From positions 1,312,001 through 1,376,000 of the forward strand of contig CP067995.1 of the NCBI GenBank assembly GCA_045159875.1: 64,000 nucleotides of DNA, given 5' to 3'. The translations under genes were made by a program, and so were the position numbers. Position 1 is the stretch's first letter, and each line of letters opens with the position of its first letter. This DNA comes from a cyanobacterium endosymbiont of Rhopalodia gibba (GTDB taxonomy: Bacteria > Cyanobacteriota > Cyanobacteriia > Cyanobacteriales > Microcystaceae). The notes under the pieces were generated by a model that was not told the DNA's origin, searched no databases, and saw only the letters and a program-made list of their open reading frames with translations. Below, in pieces: positions 11,546 through 22,377 of this stretch.

Positions 11546-12036
11546 GTATGCTATGATGACAATGCGAGCTTTAACCGATGAAAGTATTTTTATCCATTTT
11601 TCCATGGTAGTTAATAGTTCTAACCTACTTTTTTATGGTCTTCAATTCTAGGATAATCTAATTTTATATCGCTTATCATTTATTAGTAACCTTATTAAAT
11701 TAATTTATTTTAGACAACCATGAACCAAGAATTTATTATAGTAGTGGGAGTGGTTTATTTCTTAATTGCTTTTCAAAAAAAATAATTAACATTATGATTT
11801 GACTATAGTGATGATAATACCTAAAATTCGGGTTGATTTATTTTTTAAAATTCTTAACCATGACTCATATAAATTATATCTTGATCCATATAGTTATATT
11901 TTTATAAAAGCTTAACGGGAGATCTGCTAAAGCCAAAACTGGCTAAGACTTGATTAGCAAATAACTATAATGTGACACAAACAAACATTTCAAAACAGAT
12001 GAGATTCTTAAAAGATTAACAAATGAGGTAAAACGC

Positions 12037-12486
12037 GTGATTTCTATTTCACTGCCTCCGACAAAGAAAAGCTGGACAACAATGAGCTTCACATCCACTC
12101 TTTATTTATGTCCAGTGCTCGACTTGTTGTTAACTAATATTCCTATTTATTTAAGACCAGAAATTAGGTTAGGTCTGCAAGAAGCTTTAGTTAATGCTGC
12201 TAAACATGGCAATAAGTTAGATCCCAGTAAGTCAATTGTAGTAAATTTTTCGGTGACTGAAGAAGGTTATTCCTGGGTAATTTCAGACGAAGGACTAGGA
12301 TTTACCCGTGGGTGCAATTATCATAACCTAACAGCCCAACATCTGCCGCCCGAAGAAGCTGAACATGGACGAGGGTTATGTCTACTCCACGAAATTTTTG
12401 ATCAAGTTTACTGGGATCAACATGGAACTCGTGTTAAATTGTGCAAGCAGGTGATTAAAAAAACAACTAAACCCTTGTTGACTTAG
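12037..12486 (+). CDS. pmgA: RsbW-like anti-sigma factor kinase / ATP-binding protein, PmgA homolog
   Basis: SFTSTLYLCPVLDLLL, RLGLQEALVNAAKHGN, ISDEG.GF, GRGL (HATPase_c); GAGG RBS before GTG. Confidence 0.8.
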   Translation: MISISLPPTKKSWTTMSFTSTLYLCPVLDLLLTNIPIYLRPEIRLGLQEALVNAAKHGNKLDPSKSIVVNFSVTEEGYSWVISDEGLGFTRGCNYHNLTAQHLPPEEAEHGRGLCLLHEIFDQVYWDQHGTRVKLCKQVIKKTTKPLLT

Positions 12487-12793
12487 ATAGTTGGGGATTT
12501 CCAGGTTGAGTTACAGTTGAAGTCTCATGACCTGGACAAGGAAAAGCAGAAATAGAACGATCTAACCAACCAACTGCTTGAGTCAAATGGTCTAGGGCTT
12601 CTTGTGATTTATCTTTGAGTAAAAAAACCAGTGCAGAGGCTATTTGTTGCTGAGCTTGCGCTTTACGGTTGTTTTTGAGGCGATGCCAATCATTGGGTGT
12701 AATAGCAAGTTGTTCAGCTAATGCCTGGGCAAGTTCTAGAGAACTGATGGTTTTATCTTGTCTAGGGTTAGAAACTTGAGTGATTTGAGACAT
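12467..12793 (-). CDS. Conserved cyanobacterial hypothetical protein (DUF6439-like)
   Basis: ELAQALAEQLAITPNDWHRLKNNR...QAVGWLDRSI..CP.H; ATG at 12793, since the longer track ORF runs into the 6S RNA. Confidence 0.7.
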   Translation of the reverse strand: MSQITQVSNPRQDKTISSLELAQALAEQLAITPNDWHRLKNNRKAQAQQQIASALVFLLKDKSQEALDHLTQAVGWLDRSISAFPCPGHETSTVTQPGNPQLSKSTRV

Positions 12794-12824
12794 AAGAAGT
12801 CTAGGGTTTAAAATTAGAAGATTA

Positions 12825-12965
12825 GAAGGCGTAGAACTATTGCGTGGCCCGTCAGCAAAGATACGAGTCAACCAGGTTACTTGTTAAAGAAAGGTTTTAG
12901 CAGTTGCGTTGTACCTAACTTTAATTAGTTAATACCGACGGCGCCGCGACTACTATGCTTTACTC
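12825..12965 (-). ncRNA. ssrS: 6S RNA (SsrS/SsaA), compact
   Basis: Minus strand GUAGUCGCGGCGCCGUCGG...AGGU...GCAACUGCU...ACCUGGUU...CUGACGGGCCACGC...CUAC forms a rod with central bubble; blocks match recalled cyanobacterial 6S; TACACT -10 box just upstream. Confidence 0.7.
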
Positions 12966-13026
12966 TTTAGTGTAACCAATAATTGTCTTTAGTATGTTTT
13001 GAGTCAAGTCGAAACAGCCAAAGGGT

Positions 13027-13334
13027 GAGTATGAGGATTTTGAGGATTTTGAAGCGTTTGAAGCGGCCCTGAAAAATACACAGTTATCTCTCATAGAAAT
13101 CAAAGAAGGCTAGCAACAAATTTGACAAGTATAAATTTGACAATACTTTATGGGAGATTCTTTTTTAAGAGAATTTTTTCTCCGTTTATTCGGATAAACA
13201 ATAAAAATAGACTGTCTTCTAAAAAAGAAAATCAAACATTAATTTTTTTAGAAAGTTTTATTTGTTAAAATTTTTGGCAATTTGTCTATTTTAGTGCTGT
13301 GAGAGTTATTTTAAGATGGTTATTAAAAAATTGA
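13027..13334 (+). pseudogene. Remnant of a conserved cyanobacterial coiled-coil/membrane-anchored hypothetical protein
   Basis: Fragments DFEAFEAALKNTQLSLIEIKEG*QQI and FWQFVYFSAVRVILRWLLKN* resemble a recalled family ending FWQAVRFGGLGIVIGW; internal stops. Confidence 0.45.
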
Positions 13335-13359
13335 TTTAGTTAATAGTTGACGGTTAATT

Positions 13360-14055
13360 ATGACTACATTTATTCGGTTTAAAAATCAAGCGTTACTAGA
13401 CTGTGCGTTAACCCACCGCTCTTATGTTAACGAACATCGTGACGTTACAGAACATAATGAACGTTTAGAATTTTTGGGTGATGCAGTATTACAATTTGTC
13501 GTAAGTGAAGAACTCTATCGCCGCTATCCTGAATTAAGCGAGGCACAATTGACACGTTTGCGGTCAAAATTAGTTGATGAACCCCAATTAGCTCAATTTG
13601 CAAAGGTCATAGACTTAGGAAAATTTATGTATCTTGGACAAGGGGCGATCAAAGATGGGGGACAAAACAATCCTGCTTTATTGAGTGATACCTTTGAAGC
13701 TATAGTAGGAGCATATTTTCTTGATGCAGGAATAGAAGCAGTACAAAGGTTTGTGCGCTCACTCTTTAAAGATACAATTGATACTCTAATGATCCCTGAG
13801 TCAAAAAAAGTTTCTAGTCAAATTATCGATGTCAAGAATCGTCTTCAAGAATGGACATTAGCTAGCTACAAGAAAGTTCCTGAATATTTTTTAATTGAGG
13901 AATTAGGACCTGATCATGCAAAAGAGTTTATTTTCGGTGTACAAATTAATGATCAACTATTAGGGACAGGAAAAGGTCGCCGTAAACAGGAAGCGACTAA
14001 AGCCGCTGCCCAAGATGCTTTAAATAAATTATCAATTTTTGATGAGTTAGGATAA
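13360..14055 (+). CDS. rnc: Ribonuclease III
   Basis: ALTHRS, NERLEFLGDAVL, DTFEAIVGA, C-terminal dsRBD (K.RLQE...GPDH.K.F). Confidence 0.95.
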   Translation: MTTFIRFKNQALLDCALTHRSYVNEHRDVTEHNERLEFLGDAVLQFVVSEELYRRYPELSEAQLTRLRSKLVDEPQLAQFAKVIDLGKFMYLGQGAIKDGGQNNPALLSDTFEAIVGAYFLDAGIEAVQRFVRSLFKDTIDTLMIPESKKVSSQIIDVKNRLQEWTLASYKKVPEYFLIEELGPDHAKEFIFGVQINDQLLGTGKGRRKQEATKAAAQDALNKLSIFDELG

Positions 14056-14066
14056 ATTATTAATTC

Positions 14067-14951
14067 TTAGAAAGTATGATTTTGAGAGATTTTTAAATTA
14101 ATAATAGACAGTATAAAAATCATTAAAAATAGGATTAATCCCATAGTACAAGCATAATTAATCTCTAGATCTTGAAAAGCTTTTTCATACAAATAATAAA
14201 CAATAGTTTTAGAACTATTTCTGGGTCCTCCTTGAGTCATAATATAAATTTCTTCAAATACTTTAGTCGCCGCAATAGCAGAAATGACCCCAACTAATAG
14301 TAAATAAGGGCGCATTAAAGGAATAGTTATATCCCAGTGTTTGCGCAAACCGTCTGAACCGTCGATAGCAGCAGCTTCATATAATTCATTAGGAATTGAT
14401 TGTAGTCCCGCTAAATAAATAACCATGTAATAACCTAGTCCTTTCCAAATAGTAACTGCCATGACGCTAAAAATAGCAATTTTGGGACTTGTTAACCAAG
14501 AAATTCCTTCAGAAAATCCAAATTCTTGGAGAAATTGATTAAGCAATCCCTTAGAAAGATAAAGAGCTTTCCAAGCAATACCAGCTACCACCATAGAGAT
14601 AACGACAGGAGTATAAAAAGCGACTCTAAACAAACTAATTCCTCGGATTCTTTTATTGACTAATATAGCTAACCCTAGGGGGACGGTTACTAAAACAGGA
14701 ACAACGACTATTAAGTATAAAAAAGTGTTATAGAGAGTTTTCCAATACGCAGGATCTTTAGCCAAACGTTGAAAATTCTCTAATCCAATCCACTTTGGTG
14801 CTTGGGTGATATCATAATCGTACTGGGTAAAACTTAAGGTAAAAGCTTGCAATGCTGGAAAAAGCACAGTCATTCCCAACACTAAAATAGCTGGAAATAA
14901 GAATAAATAGGGAGTAATTTTAGACATAATTTTTAGTTTGCTTGTTAGCAT
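14067..14951 (-). CDS. Carbohydrate ABC transporter permease (UgpA/LacF type)
   Basis: PYLFLFPA, GLENF, EAA motif LYEAAAIDG; possible start at 14927. Confidence 0.9.
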   Translation of the reverse strand: MLTSKLKIMSKITPYLFLFPAILVLGMTVLFPALQAFTLSFTQYDYDITQAPKWIGLENFQRLAKDPAYWKTLYNTFLYLIVVVPVLVTVPLGLAILVNKRIRGISLFRVAFYTPVVISMVVAGIAWKALYLSKGLLNQFLQEFGFSEGISWLTSPKIAIFSVMAVTIWKGLGYYMVIYLAGLQSIPNELYEAAAIDGSDGLRKHWDITIPLMRPYLLLVGVISAIAATKVFEEIYIMTQGGPRNSSKTIVYYLYEKAFQDLEINYACTMGLILFLMIFILSIINLKISQNHTF

Positions 14952-14994
14952 TAATTATGCTCCTACCTATCAGGTAACTTGTATAATTGATTAG

Positions 14995-15335
14995 GAAATT
15001 GACTGATGTAATATCAATTGATTTTTGGCAGGATTGTAAGCATAGATTTTCTTGTCCTGAGAAACAAGAGTAATAGAATTAGATAACTCAGCCCTCAATG
15101 AATTTAAACAGGTGATCGCTGTTTCTAAATTTTCTATTTCTAAACAGAGATTCATACTATCATTTAGGATGAAAAATACCTAACTATAATTCAGATAGCT
15201 GAAATTCAACATAACGTTTGGGAAGATGGGGATTAGGAGATTTGGCTAAAAGTTATAAGTAAAATATAACTATAGTACTAAAATTTACGGTAGCTACAGT
15301 AACAAATGCCGTCTGACAATTTAAACTTAGATATT
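14995..15335 (-). pseudogene. VOC/glyoxalase-like family protein, pseudogene
   Basis: AFVTVATVNF...FYL*LL...YVEFQLSEL*LGIFHPK, frameshift, then MNLCLEIENLETAI...IYAYNPAKNQLILHQ. Confidence 0.75.
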
Positions 15336-15621
15336 ACACTAACACAAAAAACATTCCTACAGCATTTACTATGCTTAACTAACAACTAATAAAAGACTAA
15401 AGCCTTGTTTATGCACTCTTTAGAGTCTAAGTTCATGATTTGCAATAGCTTAATATAACTTATACTGTAGCACCTAAAAAAAATTTAATGAAGAACGTAA
15501 AGACAATTAATTTAAAACAGTTACCGTCAGGTTTAAAACCTGTTTTAGTGTTGACCGTTACGGTATTTCTTTTTCTTAACTAGCTAATTTTAAATAAAAC
15601 ACAAAATCTTAAGTAAAATCA

Positions 15622-16383
15622 TTAATCAGGTAAAGTTAAAATTTCTACCCCTGTTTCTGTTACCGCCAGAGTATGTTCAAATTGAGCTGAAAGTTTACCG
15701 TCTTTCGTAATTGCTGTCCAGCCATCGTTTAACACTACCGCTTCCCAGGTTCCTTCATTAATCATCGGTTCAATCGTAAATACCATCCCTGGACGGATGC
15801 GTTTTCCTTTTCCCCGTTGTCCAAAATGGGGGATTTGAGGAGGTGTATGGAAAATATTGCTAACCCCATGACCAACAAAATCTCTAACTACTGAGAAACC
15901 GTAGGATTCAGCGTATTCTTGAATTGCCGCTCCAATATCCCCAATTTTAGCTCCAGGCTTCACCACAGCAATCCCCCTTCTTAAACACTCTTCTGTAACT
16001 TCTACTAATTGTCGAGCTTTTGAGGAAGGAGTTCCGACAAAAAAAGTACGGGAGGTATCACCGTGATAACCATCAAGAATAGGTGTAACATCAATATTGA
16101 TAATGTCCCCCTCTTTGAGAATTTGCCTAGCACTAGGGATGCCATGACAAATCACCTCGTTGAGGCTAGTACAAATTGATTTAGGAAAGCCATGATAACC
16201 TAGAGGCGCGCTAGTAGCGTTGTGCGATTGAGTCCAACGTTCAGCTTCGTCATTCAAGTACAAAGTACTTACGCCTGACTTTACCATTGGGGCTAGATGA
16301 TTTAATAACTCGGCTGCTAAACGTCCAGCTCGTCGCATTTTTTCTATTTCTCGTTTCGATAATAGGGTGATTGTTTCTCCCAT
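15622..16383 (-). CDS. map: Type I methionine aminopeptidase
   Basis: FPKSICTSLNEVICHGIP, NIDVT, GYHGDTSRT, GHGV, FTIEPMIN, SAQFEHT. Confidence 0.96.
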   Translation of the reverse strand: MGETITLLSKREIEKMRRAGRLAAELLNHLAPMVKSGVSTLYLNDEAERWTQSHNATSAPLGYHGFPKSICTSLNEVICHGIPSARQILKEGDIINIDVTPILDGYHGDTSRTFFVGTPSSKARQLVEVTEECLRRGIAVVKPGAKIGDIGAAIQEYAESYGFSVVRDFVGHGVSNIFHTPPQIPHFGQRGKGKRIRPGMVFTIEPMINEGTWEAVVLNDGWTAITKDGKLSAQFEHTLAVTETGVEILTLPD

Positions 16384-17369
16384 CAGTTTTATCAATAATT
16401 AGACATATAGGACCAGATTCTAGCATCTTTTTGAACAAAATACATTAATTAAAAATAAAAAAATGGATTTTAAGTACATTTATTATTACTTGCTGCTCTA
16501 CAATAGAAAATTTATTGGTAGAAAAGTAATTAGAAGCGTGGGGAGAGTAATTATTTAAAATTGTTTTTTTACAAAAATAAAAAGATAATTTTTTTTTACG
16601 ACCAAAGAGGAAAGGTTTAAACCGTTTTAAGTCGAAAATCACTTCAGAAAACCCTAGGGCTTCTAATTTGTGCGGTAAGTTATTATTCTCTCCTAATTAT
16701 TAATTTTAGTTTCATATTGATCATTAATGAACCGTAGTTTAGCAGTTAGGGCATTTATGCATAAGAAATATTGATAATATACCGAATATATTGATTTTTA
16801 GTAATCAATATAAAAAATAATATTAATTTTCAAACTATTATTAAACTTTAATTTTCTAGGTTGTTGAAAACAGAAAGAAAATTTAAGTTAACTTCCGGAA
16901 AAATACGTAATACTTCTCTTCGAGAAAAAAGGTAAAAATATCAATAAAAAAACGAAGATAACAATTGATTGATTTATATACCATAAATATATTCTAGAAA
17001 CAATACTCAAAAATAGCATTCATCTTAAATTAAGATGTAAATAAATGTTGCAAGTTCTGCGTTTTGCAATAATTAATTATTATTTAGTGTATACAAATAA
17101 GCTACTTAGTTAAATACCAATCAAACTATAAAAGGAAATAATAGCATCTATAATTTTACTAAATTTATAGTCCAGTACAGAATTTAATAGGAGGGGAATG
17201 ACATCAGATAAAACTTATGAAATTACTGAAGTGATGTTCATAGATGAATATAATTTAGCCAAGACAAATGAAACAAAGTATTGCCAGAAAAAGTTGCTCT
17301 GAAGAATATAGGTTAAATCAATATAGATTAAGCTTTAATTGTCTATTTTCAATATAAGAAAACAAGAGT

Positions 17370-17415
17370 AGTGGCTCTAATATAGATATCTTTTAAGATT
17401 TATATTAGAGCCACT
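17370..17415. repeat. Perfect inverted repeat, 15-bp arms
   Basis: AGTGGCTCTAATATA (17370-17384) and TATATTAGAGCCACT (17401-17415). Confidence 0.85.
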
Positions 17416-17569
17416 TTCTTAGTTTAATGGATAAAATTTAATTCTCCACTGATATCGCGATCACCATCATTATTAATCTGTAACTTTATTAAAGCTAAGA
17501 CTTAATATTTTTTGAGAGTACACCCAAAATTTAGATATTAAGTGTGATATAGTCAGAGTGTAGTCAACA

Positions 17570-17640
17570 TATCGCACATTCAGGACTTCGGGTGTTTCTT
17601 GTGAGAAATCCATCTGAATGGAAGATAAACCCGAATAGGA
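17570..17640 (+). promoter_or_regulatory. Putative rpsB (S2) 5' leader structure
   Basis: CGCACA...TTCGGGT pairs with ACCCGAA just before the GGAG RBS; GGGUGU core of rpsB leaders; TG-n-TATAGT extended -10 upstream. Confidence 0.55.
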
Positions 17641-17651
17641 GAAAGTAAAAA

Positions 17652-18485
17652 ATGTCAGTTGTTTCCCTTGCAGAATTGCTAGAGTCTGGAGTTCACTTCG
17701 GTCATCAAACCCGCCGATGGAACCCAAAAATGGACCCTTATATTTACACAGCTCGTAATGGGGTTCATATCATAGATTTAGTACAAACCGCCCAATTAAT
17801 GGAAGATGCTTACGAATATGTACGCGTCTCTTCAAGCAAAGGGAAGCGGTTTCTTTTTGTGGGAACCAAACGTCAAGCAGCTGGGATTATTGCTCAAGAA
17901 GCCTCTCGTTGTGGAGCAAATTACGTTAACCAACGTTGGTTAGGAGGAATGCTCACCAACTGGGAAACCATAAAAACCCGGGTTGAACGCCTCAAGGAAT
18001 TGGAGTCTATGGAAACTAGTGGAAACCTGGCTCGCCGTCCCAAGAAAGAAGGATCGATGTTAAGACGAGAACTAGGGAAACTTGATAAGTACCTAGGTGG
18101 GATTAAAACTATGCGCAAACCACCCGATGTGGTTGTCATTGTCGATCAACGACGGGAATACAATGCGATTTCTGAGTGCCAAAAACTAGGAATTCCTATT
18201 ATTTCTCTTCTAGATACTAACTGTGATCCTGATTTTGCTGATATTCCTATTCCGGCTAACGACGATGCTATTCGTTCAATTAAGCTTATTTTAGGTAAAT
18301 TAGCTGATGCTATTTATGAAGGTCGTCATGGTGAACTTAACTCCCAAGATGATTACGAGGAGTTTGAAGAAAATCTCGAAGGAGATGATTATGAGGACTA
18401 TGATGATTATGAGAAAGAAGAGGATGAGACAGAAAGTGTAGAACCACAAGAGATCGTTGCTGAAACGAATCATGAGGAGGAGTAA
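17652..18485 (+). CDS. rpsB: 30S ribosomal protein S2
   Basis: [39 protein letters not shown]; acidic tail. Confidence 0.98.
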   Translation: MSVVSLAELLESGVHFGHQTRRWNPKMDPYIYTARNGVHIIDLVQTAQLMEDAYEYVRVSSSKGKRFLFVGTKRQAAGIIAQEASRCGANYVNQRWLGGMLTNWETIKTRVERLKELESMETSGNLARRPKKEGSMLRRELGKLDKYLGGIKTMRKPPDVVVIVDQRREYNAISECQKLGIPIISLLDTNCDPDFADIPIPANDDAIRSIKLILGKLADAIYEGRHGELNSQDDYEEFEENLEGDDYEDYDDYEKEEDETESVEPQEIVAETNHEEE

Positions 18486-18633
18486 ATTCGCCTTATTTTA
18501 GGTCTAAGTTTACGGGATGTCTTTGTAATATCTAGACATTCCTCCCCATTCTGGTTAAATAAAATAACCACTACCAAATTTCCTTATGATTTAAAGAGAA
18601 ATTGTAGAGTGTAACTTGTGATAGGATTCTAAG

Positions 18634-18833
18634 ATGGGTCGAAAAATACCTACTGAGGGTCACTCAAGCCGACAGGGTAATTTAGGAAAAATGATCAAGA
18701 AAACCTAATTAGTCTGGAAGTCCAAATATCGAAACACTAATTCGATAGAAAAGATGTAGCAGATAGTGATGTTGCTGAGAATCTAAGACGGCAACTACAG
18801 TTTGATCTTAGCGGTTCAAGTCATTACAGTTAA
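18634..18833 (+). pseudogene. Frameshifted small hypothetical gene between rpsB and tsf
   Basis: MGRKIPTEG... then shifted frame ...SLEVQISKH*...; recalls a small ORF at this position in other cyanobacteria. Confidence 0.4.
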
Positions 18834-18856
18834 AGCATTAGGAACATAAAGTTAAC

Positions 18857-19528
18857 ATGACGGAAATCTCAGCAAAACAGGTTAAAGAGCTTCGAGAAAA
18901 AACGGGTGCTGGCATGATGGATTGCAAGAAAGCACTTAAAGAAAACCGAGGCGAAATGACTAAAGCCATAGAATGGCTACGGCAAAAAGGAATCACCTCA
19001 GCCGAGAAAAAATCTGGACGACAAACGGCAGAAGGATTGGTGGAAAGTTATATTCACACGGGAGGCCGCATTGGGGTTCTCGTAGAAGTTAACTGCGAAA
19101 CTGACTTTGTTGCTCGCAGAGATGAATTTAAAAATCTTGTTCGCAATGTAGCTATGCAAATTGCCGCTTGTCCTAATGTAGAGTATATTCAAGGGGCAGA
19201 TATTCCAGAAACCGTAATCGCTAAGGAAAAAGAAATCGAGATGGGGCGAGATGACCTAGCTAATAAACCTGACAACATCAAGGAAAAGATTGTTCAAGGA
19301 CGTATTGACAAACGGATCAAAGAATTATCTTTGATGAACCAACCCTATATTCGCGACCAAAACATTGATATCGAAGAGTTGATTAAACAAACCATTTCTC
19401 AACTAGGGGAAAATATTCAAGTCCGCCGTTTTACTCGCTTTGTTCTTGGAGAAGGGATTGAAAAGGTGGAAAGCAATTTTGCCAAAGAGGTAGCAGAACA
19501 AACTGGTCAAATAAGTTCTGAGCTATAA
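18857..19528 (+). CDS. tsf: Translation elongation factor Ts
   Basis: [39 protein letters not shown]; follows rpsB. Confidence 0.98.
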   Translation: MTEISAKQVKELREKTGAGMMDCKKALKENRGEMTKAIEWLRQKGITSAEKKSGRQTAEGLVESYIHTGGRIGVLVEVNCETDFVARRDEFKNLVRNVAMQIAACPNVEYIQGADIPETVIAKEKEIEMGRDDLANKPDNIKEKIVQGRIDKRIKELSLMNQPYIRDQNIDIEELIKQTISQLGENIQVRRFTRFVLGEGIEKVESNFAKEVAEQTGQISSEL

Positions 19529-19793
19529 GTTATAGTAGAAGAGAAAGTCGAAGAAGTTTCTCCTCAAACTAGGAACTTCTACAAGAATAGAGTCGGCTTC
19601 GTCCGCTGAAGCTGAAATACCTTAAAGACCCTTTGCAAAAAAGGGAAAAGAAAGGGTAGTCTTCTTTTTATATAGACTTTTTGTCAAAGGCAAAAGAAAG
19701 AGCAATATTGCCAAACTTTTGCCTTTTTGACATTAATCGTCAATCTACTAAGTAAACTAGTAGTTAGAAAGTTATCTAAATCGATCTTAAATT

Positions 19794-20648
19794 ATGTCCA
19801 AATCTCTCCAGCAAATTAGACAGGATCTTACAGTCTTTGAAGAGAAAACTAAGGAACTTGCACTTGAATTAAATCGACTTTATAGTAACTACTTAAAATC
19901 TTTGAGTAAATCGGTTCAACAACAATTGATTTTAGCTTGCTATCATATTTGTACTCAAATTTATCCTGAACAATTTTTAAAATTATCTTTTAGTAAAAGG
20001 GAAAACCTACAAAATAATTTACGTAAATTAGGTCAAGGAATTCAAGACCAAATTTTATCTTATTCAGAACCTCCTTCTTCTGTTCTACAGACTACCGTTA
20101 AGGAGCAAATAGTATCGTTATCTGAGTTAGAAGAACCTTCATCTAAGATAGATGATTCAGAAGCAGAGCCAGAATCTCAAGTTTTAAAAATTGAAAATCC
20201 TGAAGAGTTAGTGAACTGGTGTAAGACGATAGAACATAAAATTAATGATACTTTAGAAAGTCTTTCTAAAAAAGCTAATAATTATTTGCAGCAAGCTCAA
20301 ATAATTCCTCCTAATTTACCTCCTCAGTTATTAGAAATAGATTTTAAAGCTGAAGAAGGAGAAGTATCTGCTGGGAGAACACCTAACATCATTAATTTGT
20401 TGGTGGAGACTAATCGAGAAAAAAGGGGAAAAGGAGAAGAATCTGAATTGGAAATTACTAGATTTTCTGCTATTCAGTTACAATTATCGGAAATCGTCTT
20501 TACTAATGCGACTTTAAGCCTGAAACGTAAAGAAATTCGTAAGTTTTTAGAAAAATTAAAAAAAATACATCAAAGTTATTGTCAAGCGCAACAGGAATAC
20601 GCAAAAGTAGAGGCCGAAACGGCTTGGCGTTCGAGTTGGCATGAATAG
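19794..20648 (+). CDS. Conserved cyanobacterial hypothetical coiled-coil protein
   Basis: QQLILACYHICTQIYPEQFL and terminal EAETAWRSSW motifs. Confidence 0.75.
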   Translation: MSKSLQQIRQDLTVFEEKTKELALELNRLYSNYLKSLSKSVQQQLILACYHICTQIYPEQFLKLSFSKRENLQNNLRKLGQGIQDQILSYSEPPSSVLQTTVKEQIVSLSELEEPSSKIDDSEAEPESQVLKIENPEELVNWCKTIEHKINDTLESLSKKANNYLQQAQIIPPNLPPQLLEIDFKAEEGEVSAGRTPNIINLLVETNREKRGKGEESELEITRFSAIQLQLSEIVFTNATLSLKRKEIRKFLEKLKKIHQSYCQAQQEYAKVEAETAWRSSWHE

Positions 20649-20688
20649 TGATTTCATATTAGAAAAACACAAAAGAAAAGTTAACTTA

Positions 20689-22377
20689 TCAACTTTTTTG
20701 CTCAAAAGAATTGTTGATTTTTTCCTGATTCATCAAGGCAATTATGGAACGCAAAAAAAATAACCCAAATAACCCTGATAATCCAAAACCAATCACAGCC
20801 AATTTTAAATATGTGGCGATGACTAATATAAAAGTTAATAACAAAGTAAATCCTGTCAAACATGTATAAATTAAGCATTTAATCCCTAAACTAATAAGTT
20901 TAAGGTTTCTTTTGTTTTCTAGATAACGAATCCGAAATTGCAGTTCCTCTTGGTCAATTTTTTGCACTAGCCTTTGTATTAATCGATTAGTTGAGTTGGG
21001 ATTTTGCCAGTTTTTTTTTATAAAGTCTTTTACTTGTTGAGCTGTGGCACTAATCAATATTCCTTGTCCATTACTTAAGGCAATACTTTTAACAAAAGGT
21101 TTGCTTGCTGCTAACAAATTATATTGAGGATCTAGTGCACGAGCAATACCATCGAGGGTAATTAAAGATTTAATAATAAACGTCATCTGAGGCGGTAAAC
21201 GAAAGGGTTGTTTTTTAAACATTAAATATACTTCATCGCTAATCACTTCAAATGCTTTAATATCTACCGGTTTATCTCGAAAATTTTCCAAGATAAATCC
21301 AACAATCCGTTTGATAGAACTCATGTCTTTCAACGGTTCAATTAACCCCATATAGACTAAAGTTTCAACTACTTTATCTGTATCTCTTTTTAAGACAGCA
21401 AAAAAAGTTTGAATCATTTGTTCTTTGGCCATCAAGTTAACTTCTGCCATAGAACCAAAATCATAAAAAATTAACGCCCCTCTTTGACTTACAGCCATAT
21501 TTCCAGGGTGAGGATCTGATTGAAAAAAGCCATCAATTAATAATTGTTTTAGATAAGAACAAATTCCTAGTTGAATGATGTTATCTAAATCAATTCTGCT
21601 ATGCTTTAAAGTGGTACGATCATCTACTTTAATTCCTGGTAGATATTCTAATACTAAGATTTTTTTAGTAGTATATTTCCAATAAACTTTAGGAACTTTA
21701 ATTTGCGAGTAGTGTTTGAAGTTTTTTCGAAACCGCTCGGCATTTTTACCTTCACGGATATAATCTATTTCTTGGAATAAAAGCTCAAAAAATTCTTTAT
21801 AAATTGCTTCGAGCTGATATTGTCTAAAATTAGAAAAATAGCGATTAAGTAAACGAATTAAATTATGTAGAATTTCAAAATCTAAATTAAAAATTTTTTC
21901 TAATCCAGTCCGTTGAACTTTAACAACAACTTCTTCTCCTGTATACAATTTAGCGCGATGAACTTGTCCTAAACTTGCTGAGGCTAGAGGGATTGACTTA
22001 AAGTCCTTAAATAACTCATCGATTGACTTACCCAGTTCAGTTTCTATTACTTTGATTGCCTCATCGGAATTAAAAGAAGGAACTCGATCTTGTAATTGAC
22101 TCAATTCTTGAATATATTCAAAGGGAATAAGATCAACACGAGTAGAAAGAGATTGACCGATTTTAATAAATGTTGGACCTAATTCTAACAAGTTTTTTAC
22201 CAACCATCTTGCACGTTTGTGTCTACGTTTAGAGGAATTATTTCGAATCAGTTTATCCCATCCTAAACCTAAAAAAAATTTAAAACTAACCCAAAAAATT
22301 TCCCATTGACGCATCATAGGAGAGAGTTTAGAGCGTTGCCAACGTGGCGATTTAGACAATACTTTCTGGGTAATCAT
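20689..22377 (-). CDS. ABC1/AarF/UbiB atypical kinase
   Basis: LGPTFIKIGQ, ASASLGQVH, VVVKVQR, EIDY..E, DPHPGN, YDFG. Confidence 0.93.
   Translation of the reverse strand: MITQKVLSKSPRWQRSKLSPMMRQWEIFWVSFKFFLGLGWDKLIRNNSSKRRHKRARWLVKNLLELGPTFIKIGQSLSTRVDLIPFEYIQELSQLQDRVPSFNSDEAIKVIETELGKSIDELFKDFKSIPLASASLGQVHRAKLYTGEEVVVKVQRTGLEKIFNLDFEILHNLIRLLNRYFSNFRQYQLEAIYKEFFELLFQEIDYIREGKNAERFRKNFKHYSQIKVPKVYWKYTTKKILVLEYLPGIKVDDRTTLKHSRIDLDNIIQLGICSYLKQLLIDGFFQSDPHPGNMAVSQRGALIFYDFGSMAEVNLMAKEQMIQTFFAVLKRDTDKVVETLVYMGLIEPLKDMSSIKRIVGFILENFRDKPVDIKAFEVISDEVYLMFKKQPFRLPPQMTFIIKSLITLDGIARALDPQYNLLAASKPFVKSIALSNGQGILISATAQQVKDFIKKNWQNPNSTNRLIQRLVQKIDQEELQFRIRYLENKRNLKLISLGIKCLIYTCLTGFTLLLTFILVIATYLKLAVIGFGLSGLFGLFFLRSIIALMNQEKINNSFEQKS

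Noticed and set aside
12794..12871. N-terminal extension of the 134-aa track ORF
   Set aside because: Overlaps the 6S RNA; ATG at 12793 is the better start
14995..15335. Idea that glyoxalase I is lost while gloB is retained
   Set aside because: The VOC remnant is not recognisably GloA, so no pathway inference is justified
16250..17727. AT-rich short ORFs (16250-16438, 16445-16642, 17473-17727) and a 34-codon ORF after AGGAGG near 17198
   Set aside because: Low complexity or antisense to the rpsB leader; no homology recognised
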